A stretch of 64,000 bases of DNA. Origin: Epithemia pelagica (Eukaryota > Protista > Bacillariophyta). Location of the stretch: contig OX337237.1 in NCBI GenBank assembly GCA_946965045.2, positions 1,612,001 through 1,676,000 on the forward strand, in the 5' to 3' direction. The notes beneath the pieces are model-generated. The model saw only the letters and a list, made by a program, of their open reading frames with translations. It was not told the origin of the DNA and made no database searches. The translations under genes and the position numbers were made by a program. This document shows positions 55,361 through 64,000 of the stretch, piece after piece; within the stretch, counting starts at the first letter, position 1; the number at the start of each line of letters is the position of its first letter.

Positions 55361-56563
55361 TTACGAGAAAGCTGCCGCAGCCATATTCACATCCTTCAGT
55401 TCATCTAAAGTGTGACGCTGGATATCTTTTGCAGCCTTCTCCCGATGATGCTGGTCCTTACGAACCGTCATAAGCACATCTTCCGTCGCATCATCAAAGT
55501 TCTTGAGATTATCACGCGTCTCACGTCGGGCTGCCTTGTCGTCCAAATCATTTTGAAACTGCTCACGACGAATCTCTGTTTCGAAGACAGGGACGGCCAT
55601 GTTGACATCTTTGAGGTTCGCGCGAGTCTCTCGGCCTTCTTGCTTCCATGCCTGTTCACGTTGCCATTGTTCGCTTCGAATAGTGCTCTCGAACGACGGA
55701 ACAGCCATATTGACGTCCTTGAAATTTGCTCGTGTATCTCGTCCTTCTTGTTTCCATGCTTGTTCTTGCTGAAACTGTTCTTTGCGAACTTCACCTTCAA
55801 CGGTTTCAGTGATAAGAACGTCTTTAAGTTCTGCTTTAGTTTGGCGCTGTTTCGCCTTGGCCTCCTGTTCACGTTGCCATTGTTCATTTCGAATATTACT
55901 TTCAATCGAAGGCACTGCCATGTTGACATCTTTCAAAGTGGCACGAGTATCTCGACCTTCTTGCTTCCAAGCTTGTTCTTGTTGGAACTGCTCTTTGCGG
56001 ACCTCCGTTTCTCGAGTATCTGTAATAGAAACATCCTTAAGATTTGCCCGCGTTGTACGTCCTTCTTGCTTCCACGCCAATTCCTTGTGGAACTGCTCCT
56101 TGCGAACTTCACTTTCGACTGTATCTGTAATATTCACGTCCTTCAAATTAGCTCTTGTTTCGCGGCCTTCTTTCTTCCATTTCAGTTCATTCTGAAATTG
56201 CTCTTTTCTTGCTTCACCCTCAACAGTGTCAGTGATGTTCACGTCTTTGAGTTGAGCACGAGTTTCGCGTTCCCTCGCCTTGGCATCTTGTTCGCGTTGA
56301 AACTGTTCCTTACGAACACGAGCTTCGACATCTTCGCCACCTTTTCCTTTATACCGGTACATCAAGGCTCTGTCAGCGGCTTCTTTTTCACGTCGTTCCT
56401 TTTCTCGTTTCTTTTGCTGCATTGCAAAATCCATGGGCGACACTCCCGTAAAGGCATAGTGGCTCCATTTCTTTGGCTCCCATTTGTGGCGATTTTCCTC
56501 TGGTGCCGAGTAGCCGAACTTGGAGTCCTGCTGTGCTCTTTCTTCGGCTGTCTTGTCCTCCAT
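55361..56563 (-). CDS. 35-36 aa repeat protein, copy 2, intact (400 aa)
   Basis: ATG at 56563. About nine tandem units of consensus VRKEQFQxEQAWKQEGRETRANLKDVNxxxxxExE. No family recognised. Confidence 0.85.
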   Translation of the reverse strand: MEDKTAEERAQQDSKFGYSAPEENRHKWEPKKWSHYAFTGVSPMDFAMQQKKREKERREKEAADRALMYRYKGKGGEDVEARVRKEQFQREQDAKARERETRAQLKDVNITDTVEGEARKEQFQNELKWKKEGRETRANLKDVNITDTVESEVRKEQFHKELAWKQEGRTTRANLKDVSITDTRETEVRKEQFQQEQAWKQEGRDTRATLKDVNMAVPSIESNIRNEQWQREQEAKAKQRQTKAELKDVLITETVEGEVRKEQFQQEQAWKQEGRDTRANFKDVNMAVPSFESTIRSEQWQREQAWKQEGRETRANLKDVNMAVPVFETEIRREQFQNDLDDKAARRETRDNLKNFDDATEDVLMTVRKDQHHREKAAKDIQRHTLDELKDVNMAAAAFS

Positions 56564-57269
56564 GTTGCTGGTTTCCTCTATCTTCAGAATGTGTCTTTGG
56601 AGGGTCGTCCTGAACGAAGAGTTGGTGGATCTGTCGGCGCTAAATCCACCTATCGGTAGACGTGGCCCAACCAACATGTGGAGACCAAGACCAAGATTGT
56701 TGCCAAGACTCAAGACCGGTTGGGACCGGGCTTTTCCCACCTTTGTCTCTAAGTATTCTTATATCTTTCGCTTGATTCAGATTTTTAGGGGATCCCTACT
56801 CTGTTATTGCAGAGACAGCGCAAACTCTACAATATATAAAGATCGTTCCCACCCAAGAATAGGTAGCTTGACGAACGTATGAGTAGTGGCAACGAACAAG
56901 AAAGCTTAAATTGTTAGTCATCGCACCACTGGTTCAAAAGACGTATCAACAAAGCCATTAGAAGTGAACTGCTATGCTGGAAAACTTATGTTGTATTATG
57001 ACGGCCAACAATTGCCGCCGTCATATTGCGCCCAGCAGCAACATGGATGGAGAGATTTGTTTGAGGGAATCAGGACATAACTGTACCTGCTGTAACGGAG
57101 TTGTGCCTATTGTCATACAAATCGAAGTGTGCTCTCATGTCCCTTAGTCTTCATGTATGATGTAGGAATAATTCGAAAGAATAAACAAATAGTGGGCTAA
57201 GGTAGCAGAATATAGATCCGTACCAAGTGGATGGCGCTCCGTATCGATTCAACATTGTAGCAAAGACCG

Positions 57270-58167
57270 CTATAACTCGTTTTCCAGAACATATCCTTGG
57301 TGTGTTTTGAAGTCCACACCTTCAGCGTCCCATCCCTTTGTTCTAAGCTCCTTGGCAATCCAATTGAGCCTTTTAGCGTTAACGCCCAAGTCCAGATATC
57401 CAACCCGGCTACTAGACCTCACCTGGATCTGTCGAGATGAAGAACCACCAGCTTCAGGAGCAATGTAGGCAAACTCAACATCATCATAATAGCCATTCTT
57501 CAACGCTTCAAAGATGACGTAGAAATATCCTTTGCCAGGATCAAACTTTTGTACTGCAAAACCACCTCCATCCACTCCATTCTGACCCGGCGGATAACTT
57601 GCTATCACCTGATTAAGTTGCGCAAACGCTTTCGCCTTATCGTCCTCAAACTCTTTGGGCCAGACCCAGGCAGGAATGGAATGGTCTGGATCCTCTCCCA
57701 CTGGAATTGTTGAGGAGAAGCAGTTCGGCGCTGGCCCACAAACTTTGAGACCCACATAATCGTCATTTTCAAGCGATGTCCTGATTCCTAGACCAAGATC
57801 TTTTGGCTGCACGTATTGCAGATTCATCATTGAGCCGGAAAGGCGAGGGAATTGTTGTGAGAAAAAATGACAGGGAGTATCTTCGATCAATCGCATCCAT
57901 TCATGACCATACAACTCTTACCTGTGGTCCCCTTCTCTTTGGTCGATCATCGTATTTCGTCGATATTTTGTTTTCGAATGCATGGGCAGGCGTACATCCG
58001 ACGAGTACAGACGAAGCCGATGCCACCAGGAATGTTAGGGCTTCCCGACGACGACACGTATCGACTCTGTATTCCGGACTGCGTTGACGAGAAACATTGC
58101 TAAGTCCAGAAGCAAGACCCACGAAAAGCAGAACGAGCATTACTGATCTATGTTCAATCATCGTCAT
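57270..58167 (-). CDS. DUF1499-family protein, probably thylakoid lumen (signal + twin-arginine presequence)
   Basis: GT-AG intron at 57807-57921. Presequence MLVLLFVGLASG...CRRREAL...PAHA. Domain C.PAPNCFSST, YYDDVEF, VRSSSRVGYLDLGVNAKRLNWI. Confidence 0.88.
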
Positions 58168-58465
58168 GATGTCTTGGTGATGGATGGTAACAAGCTCTGG
58201 GTTACACACTCTTACGACACTCTCTCGCTGAATCATTACGCCATCCCATTGATTCTCCTTACTCCCTAACGCGACGTCGCACGTCCTCCATTGTGTTTTT
58301 GAATCGTTGGGGAAGCGACTCATGAAAGACTACTTGGGAGTATCCGTAGCAATTCCGACTAGGGTCGCTACCTCAGCATGCTAGCGTATCCATTTGCTCT
58401 ACTCCTAGCTAGGGAAATCAGTTGCCGATCACATGATTTGATCATGCACAATTGAAAAAATCGGT

Positions 58466-58748
58466 GCCCTCATATGCGCCCACTTCCTGCTCACTTGTCC
58501 ATGATGACTTTAACTTTTACGGGGGAGGGGGCATGTAGTGGCCCTCATATGCGCCCACTTCCTGCTCACTTGTTCAAGATGACTTAACTTTAACGGGGGA
58601 GGGGGGGGGGGGGGGGGGTATGTAACGGAGCCAACACGCTTCAACGCTGTTGGCAACCTTCGAGAAAGCAAGTCGTCTCCTCATTCGATAAAAAGGGCTA
58701 GCAACCTTCGAGAAAGCAAGTCGTCTCCTCATTCGATAAAAAGGGCTA
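58466..58748. repeat. Two adjacent tandem duplications (75 bp x2, 48 bp x2) with a G18 run
   Basis: GCCCTCATATGCGCCCAC... at 58466 and 58541; G18 at 58601-58618; exact 48-mer GCAACCTTCGAGAAAGC...AAGGGCTA at 58653 and 58701. Confidence 0.9.
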
Positions 58749-58972
58749 CTGCTTCTGAGTCTCCCTGAGGAAAAACACATTTAAGCTAATGAAAAGCAGG
58801 AAAACATACTAATACTGGAGGAAAGCCTTAAAGGCCTGTCCTGGTACTAACGAACACAATCGACTGACTCCGAGATTTGTTGAAGCATCCACCGCTCCTA
58901 ACATTCTCAGTTTCTGAAGATGGCATGTTTAACGCCACAACAACAAGCATGCCAGTATACGTTTTCAACGCC

Positions 58973-60565
58973 TCAAAACAACTTGGCCTTTCTTTTCGCC
59001 TTGGTCTGTTTCCATTTGGGCCAAGTATAGAATTCTTTCTTTTTGCAACCAAGTGCTTCCTTGAAATCCTTTGCTCTCAAATACTTTTCCCGGTTGAGAT
59101 AATCCAAACCCGGAATCATCTTCCGCTTGACTTCTCGAATCGTGTAGTATTCACCATCGGGATCGTCCTCTTCTTCCGAGGATTCATAGGCCACCTCGGG
59201 CTCTTTCTCTTCTTTGGGTGGTGGATGCCAAACAGGACCTTCGTACTTTTCGTGAGTAGGTTCCGCTACCTCTTCTTGCTTTGGTGGGGCATGCCAAACT
59301 GGTCCATCATATTGCTCATGAGTTGGTTCTTTCTCTTTGGGTGCCTCCGCTTTTTTCCACTCCTTGTGGGAACCAGATTGCTCCGCACTAACATTTGTAC
59401 CATTACTATCCGGTCGTTTACCACCTCGCTTTTGACGATCATCTTCGTCGTGATCATCCTCATCAAATGACTTGCCCCGCAAGCGATCAGGGCGAACTGC
59501 TGCCCGAGTGTTCTGCGTTTGAGGCTCCTCGTCACTCTTTCCAGGCCTTTTCCCTCCTCTTCCCGACGGGGTGCCATCATGATCATCGTCGTCAAAGGAC
59601 TTCCCTCGCAATCGCTCAGGGCGAGCAGCTGAACGTTGTTTTTCGCGAGAAGCATCCTCCTCTTTCTCCTCGTCAGCTTTGTCTGGACGCTTGCCGCCTC
59701 TTCCAGATGGAATTGGAGGTCCACCTTCGTCATGATCATCGTTGTCGAACGATGTACCACGCAACCGCTCAGGACGAACAGGTGCTCTAGAAGGTGAAGA
59801 TGACTGATCCTCTTGCTTTTCTTCAGCAGCGACAGTGGCCGTGCTTTTCTCTCCGTTTTCGAGGGTAGACTGGTGTTCAGGCGCATCGTCCTTCTCTCCA
59901 CTGACACTGTCTTTCACTGCCGGAACCTGAGAAGTCGGCTCTGGATTGTCCGCTTTCTTTTCTTCTTCTTCCTTTACCTTTTCACTCACGGTGGTAGTAC
60001 TCACTGGTTTGGCACTGGCTTGTTTGGTTTTGGTACGAGACGGCTTTTCATCTTCGTCAGATGAATCATCGCTGTCATCGTCGTCATCATCAAGGTTCGG
60101 TGCGTATTCTTGAACTTGTGGTAACACTTTCTTGGGTTGAGAATACTTTGGACTGCTGTGGCCTGTTAGAGATTCATCATCATCGTCGTCGTCGTCATCG
60201 TCATCACTGCTGCTGTCATCGTAAATTGATTTCTTCTTTTTGGCAGGCTCCGCTTTCTTTTCATCGGGCGAGGAAAGACCTCTTAGGTGCACAGGTCTCA
60301 GAGCATCTGGAATGTCGATTGGAGGAGGAAGCGATTCAAAATCCGAGTCTGAAACATCCTCTTCTGGAATCTCTTTATCATCAACTTCGAGCAATTCTAC
60401 ATCATCATCATCTTCCTCGATTTCTTCTTCCTCAATTTCCTCTTCCTCGATTTCTTCCTCGTCGTCGGTTACCTCTTCCTCTGTCTCCTCATACTCATCG
60501 GAGTCATCATCACCTACGATTTCGTCGTAGAGGCTCCCCTCTTCTGAATCGTCGTCATCGTTCAT
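58973..60565 (-). CDS. Villin-headpiece (HP/VHP) domain protein with long acidic disordered N-terminus (530 aa)
   Basis: C-terminus PGLDYLNREKYLRAKDFKEALGCKKKEFYTWPKWKQTKAKRKAKLF matches the headpiece pattern (E.YL...DF...G....F...P.WKQ...K....LF). Three internal RPERLRGxSFD.DDHD...RGGKRP repeats. Confidence 0.9.
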   Translation of the reverse strand: MNDDDDSEEGSLYDEIVGDDDSDEYEETEEEVTDDEEEIEEEEIEEEEIEEDDDDVELLEVDDKEIPEEDVSDSDFESLPPPIDIPDALRPVHLRGLSSPDEKKAEPAKKKKSIYDDSSSDDDDDDDDDDESLTGHSSPKYSQPKKVLPQVQEYAPNLDDDDDDSDDSSDEDEKPSRTKTKQASAKPVSTTTVSEKVKEEEEKKADNPEPTSQVPAVKDSVSGEKDDAPEHQSTLENGEKSTATVAAEEKQEDQSSSPSRAPVRPERLRGTSFDNDDHDEGGPPIPSGRGGKRPDKADEEKEEDASREKQRSAARPERLRGKSFDDDDHDGTPSGRGGKRPGKSDEEPQTQNTRAAVRPDRLRGKSFDEDDHDEDDRQKRGGKRPDSNGTNVSAEQSGSHKEWKKAEAPKEKEPTHEQYDGPVWHAPPKQEEVAEPTHEKYEGPVWHPPPKEEKEPEVAYESSEEEDDPDGEYYTIREVKRKMIPGLDYLNREKYLRAKDFKEALGCKKKEFYTWPKWKQTKAKRKAKLF

Positions 60566-61386
60566 TGTCGCGTTCTGCTGCGAAGGATAATTCGTTTTTC
60601 AACCGTTTTTTCTCCGAAATGGATTCGAAGAGACTCAAAATCTGCTGACAGGAATCAATCCTGTTTCAATTATCAAACCAAAGGCGACGAGAAAAACGCG
60701 GCAAAGTCAATCCGATCGATCCAGAAGACGACGATTAGTGCGCTTTTTCCTTGGGGAATCGAAAGCGGGTCTTCGTTTGTTGATGTGATGACTGCTGCCC
60801 CTCTTCGCACTATGCGGTACGGTACGAGTACGAGTATTCACAGTGCACACAGCTTTGCGAAGCGCCCCGACGCTCCCCTCGATCGGGGTCTCTGTCCTTG
60901 GGGGATTCTCACTCCAATAATTGATAACTGGAAGAGCCTAGTTCCAGTGACGCCCAACAAACATTTAAAATCTGAACCACATGGTCAGAATGACAGACCG
61001 AGATTCGTATCAGAGGACAGACCCTGTCGTACTTCGAAAATTTCCAGCGCTATATCCATTGAGAATTAGATAAAAGACAAGATACATATGAGAGAGCAAC
61101 CGCTGGAGAACTTCGTTCACGTTGACAACAACAGCAACAGCAATCACCACGGTACCCATCAATCCTGTGGTTTGATTTGAGTTGACCATGTTAAGACTTC
61201 CAGTTGCCACCACTTTGAGACAACTCCGCGGAGCCTCAGCGTTGTCTTCTTCGCAACAGTGAGTTCAGCCGCGTCGCTTCATTTAGTTTCGCCGCTTCAT
61301 CCACCCGGATGAACAGAGATAGAAACATCCAAGTTTGTTCATCTAATTATACTGTCTCTTTTGTTGTAACTTGCAGGAGACGAGGA

Positions 61387-61605
61387 ATGGCAGGAGGATT
61401 TCCTCCTAATTGGAGGGTAAAGAAAAACATGTTCATGGAAGAGTGGAATGGAAAGCGAGAAGTCTCCGACAAGATTTTTGAATTCGATTCGAATGCTGTA
61501 CCAACCTTTGTCTTTGGTCTTATTGTCTTCCCCGTTGGTCTTTACTATATGGCACGTTGGGAGTTCCAGAAAAGGGATCCTCGACGATTCAAAGATGTTT
61601 GTTGA
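61387..61605 (+). CDS. NDUFB4: Mitochondrial complex I accessory subunit B15/NDUFB4-like (72 aa)
   Basis: MAGG...KNMFMEEWNGKRE...FEF...FVFGLIVFPVGLYY...EF resembles the plant-type B15 subunit (KNKFIEDW..ARE...F....IFGI.LP..VY). Confidence 0.7.
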   Translation: MAGGFPPNWRVKKNMFMEEWNGKREVSDKIFEFDSNAVPTFVFGLIVFPVGLYYMARWEFQKRDPRRFKDVC

Positions 61606-62084
61606 GTTCGCTCGTGTTTCGTAAAAGAGCACTCGACGCAAAGTAGACCTCTAACGTCCATAGATAGTTTTCTTTGATGCGACAGTTTCTTGATCGTTAT
61701 TCCTGTTTGTGTAATCTCAACCTTTTTTCAATTTACTCCAAATTCACACGCACATCTTCCATTTGCTTTGGAATTTGTTGCAATTCAAAAGTGGCACCTA
61801 TTTTGATATCCTTCGGATACAAAATACCCTATGACTCCTCGGCCCTGATGATAACTCTGCTTTTATTGTTTTTATATCGGGGGTGATTTTGACCAACCTC
61901 CAAGAGCCTAGAATAGATGCCCATTCTCGAGGTAATTGCATGTGGAAAAGAAGGCTAACCAAGCAAAGAAAAAAGCCTCGTTGCTATTGTTGACTTGATC
62001 CAACCGACAAGATTAAGATCGAACCAACCGAGTACGTTCCTTTCGACCGATACCGTACGTCCAATTGGCTTATTACCACTACTA

Positions 62085-64000
62085 TCATCCCCAACTTTTC
62101 GCCACGCGAGCCAACAGTTCTTGCCGTCGTCTCCGTTGCGCGTCTGGGTCATCACTGCAATCTTTCGCTTCAGCCGGACCCGGACCCTCCTTGCTATGTT
62201 CTGAGGAGTGGTTGGAAATCTTCTTGAGGCCGTTTACTCCTTCCGTACTCTTCGACAACTGTGGTTGCTTCCACAAATGATGTGACGACGAATCCATAAC
62301 CTTGTGCGAATCAAGTTGCGTCTTTTGTTGAAGTCTTCGGTTCGCGGCAGTGGCAGCTTCGGCATCGGCAATCACACGCTGTGTGATTGGGGTCTGCAAA
62401 TCCGCTCCTTCCTTGATCGCGGCACCTTTGTTTGTGGACTTGAGCTTTCGACCCTGAGTCCAATCTGGTTTGGCCCACGTGTACTCCTTCGTCTTGTTTG
62501 TCTTGGGGGTTGGTCTCAAAACGCCTGGGTTGGCAACATGGTTGATATCATTCGGCGTTCGGAATACAGTGGCTTTTGTGATGGGCTTCACAATATCTCC
62601 ACCTTCTCTCAACTTGGCACCATTGACACTCAGTTTCAGCTTGCGTTGGCGCGTGTTGGACATCAGGCCACCTCCGATTTCACCACTCACAAAACGTCGC
62701 AGGATCTCTTCCTTGTCAACTTCAACACCCTTGCCGCTGGCATTAGGAGAGGATGAACCGTCTTCGTTCGCTTCCTTTCCAACATGAGTGATGGGACCCG
62801 CGAGATTTCCACCTTGTCGCACTTTCTCACCCTGCTCTGTTGGGGCCAACTGGTCACCCTGCGTCCAGGCCGGCTTCTGCCAGCTGTATACGCGATGCTC
62901 ACCATCAAATTGTTCGGCGCGAACATAAGTTTTGGTAATGCCGGGTTTCTTGCTCTTGGCACCGTCTTTTTTGCAAACAATCTTCTGAGTTTCTGCTAGA
63001 GGGCTGGGAACATTTGTTTTCAAGATGGACTTGCCACGGCTTGTAGGAGACATGTGAGCAAGCGAGCCATTGAGGGAGGACGTTCCACCATCTGGACTGG
63101 TTGGCGGAGTACCCACTGGACTCGGTGGTGGACTCATGCTTGGTTGTCTGGTAGGCGCGGGCTTTGCAGTGTCTTTCGCAAATGGTTCTCCACCAGACTC
63201 TTGAGTGGTCTCAATCGCAGGTACCTGAGGGATTAGGCCAGCTTCTTGTTTCTTGGATTTTGTAGACGAAGAGGTTGTAGACGACGAAGAGGAGGATGAA
63301 GAGGATGACATTGAACCTTCTGATGACTCTGGCGGTGCCTGCTTCTTTCCTTCTCGCTTCTTTCTCCGAACTTCCTTATCAGCGGAATGTCTCTCCATGT
63401 CCTTTTTAGCAGCCTCTGGAATTTCAATTTCGCTTCCACCATCCATACCGTCATCCTCCATATCTAGAATAAAGTCAGCCTGATTGATTTCTGATGTTTC
63501 ATCGTCCAACGAAGGCTGTTTGTTGAGCTTAATTTCGTCCGGAAAGGGTATCTCCTGTAACATGGCTGGATTCCTGTCTTCACCATCCGTTCCATCGAGG
63601 TTCGGTGCCACGAGATCGGCCAAATCATAGGCGTCACTAAAATCAGAAGTGCCACTGTGCATGGATGACTCAAAACTACTGGCGGCGGACTCTTCATCAC
63701 CAGAAAGTAGTTCATCCATGCTGTCTTCACTCATATCATCTTCGGTTTCAAACACATAAAACACTTCTCCATCCACGATTTCCAAATAAAAGTCGGCATC
63801 TCCATCGTCTTCTACAATTTCAATTTCGTAGGCTTCTTCCTCCTCTTCTTCCAACTCGTATCCGTAGTGAAAGAAGCGGTCTTCGATTTCTGTGACTAGA
63901 ATTTCCTCTTGGAATTTGATTTTGCGGTTTTCTTTTTCGGCTGGAAGGATTTCAATGACCTGATCTCCTTCAGCTGGGACCAAGAATGGTCGTGGTTTCT
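62085..64000 (-). CDS. Large acidic low-complexity hypothetical protein with two W.KP.W..L..T..G repeats (5' end off window)
   Basis: Frame is open from the window end to the stop at 62085. Repeats YSWQKPAWTQGDQLAPTEQGEKVRQGGNLAGPIT and YTWAKPDWTQGRKLKSTNKGAAIKEGADLQTPIT. Confidence 0.8.
   Translation of the reverse strand, partial: KPRPFLVPAEGDQVIEILPAEKENRKIKFQEEILVTEIEDRFFHYGYELEEEEEEAYEIEIVEDDGDADFYLEIVDGEVFYVFETEDDMSEDSMDELLSGDEESAASSFESSMHSGTSDFSDAYDLADLVAPNLDGTDGEDRNPAMLQEIPFPDEIKLNKQPSLDDETSEINQADFILDMEDDGMDGGSEIEIPEAAKKDMERHSADKEVRRKKREGKKQAPPESSEGSMSSSSSSSSSSTTSSSTKSKKQEAGLIPQVPAIETTQESGGEPFAKDTAKPAPTRQPSMSPPPSPVGTPPTSPDGGTSSLNGSLAHMSPTSRGKSILKTNVPSPLAETQKIVCKKDGAKSKKPGITKTYVRAEQFDGEHRVYSWQKPAWTQGDQLAPTEQGEKVRQGGNLAGPITHVGKEANEDGSSSPNASGKGVEVDKEEILRRFVSGEIGGGLMSNTRQRKLKLSVNGAKLREGGDIVKPITKATVFRTPNDINHVANPGVLRPTPKTNKTKEYTWAKPDWTQGRKLKSTNKGAAIKEGADLQTPITQRVIADAEAATAANRRLQQKTQLDSHKVMDSSSHHLWKQPQLSKSTEGVNGLKKISNHSSEHSKEGPGPAEAKDCSDDPDAQRRRRQELLARVAKSWG

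Noticed and set aside
49365-56659. Long plus-strand ORFs 49365-50288, 50177-50962, 55412-56659
   Set aside because: They are antisense shadows of the repeat-protein genes.
58877-59470. Hydrophobic plus-strand ORF
   Set aside because: It is an antisense shadow of the Lys/Glu-rich headpiece gene.

Overview
Eukaryotic DNA, most likely a diatom (inferred from ~70-115 nt GT-AG introns, bipartite plastid-targeting presequences and a CoDi-type Copia element). The first ~28.5 kb is rich in transposable elements. It holds a probable PIF/Harbinger end, a 3.4 kb non-autonomous element with 17-bp TIRs and an 8-bp TSD nested in a small MITE, a LINE 3' fragment, and an intact Ty1/Copia element with apparently identical LTRs. 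It also holds two Patched/NPC1-like genes (one clearly a pseudogene), a TIR MITE, and a TTAA-flanked piggyBac whose transposase is dead but which carries an intact spliced ORF resembling the P2X7 'ballast' domain. The rest is gene-dense: a plastid FAD oxidoreductase, RRP6, a USP, Pol III RPC7, two tandem DEG/ENaC channel genes, IMPACT, fucokinase, DUF1499, a villin-headpiece protein, NDUFB4 and several acidic or repeat proteins, including two copies of a 35-36 aa repeat protein. Main leads: (1) the piggyBac with a ballast/KolX-like accessory gene; (2) the Copia with an in-frame TGA-CAA-CCA plus hairpin between gag and pol, and a primer-binding site complementary to the 5' D-arm of initiator tRNA-Met rather than a 3' CCA end; (3) DEG/ENaC channels in a non-animal; (4) a possible cluster of actin-associated genes at 48-64 kb. 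All family assignments come from visual motif recognition; no database searches were run.
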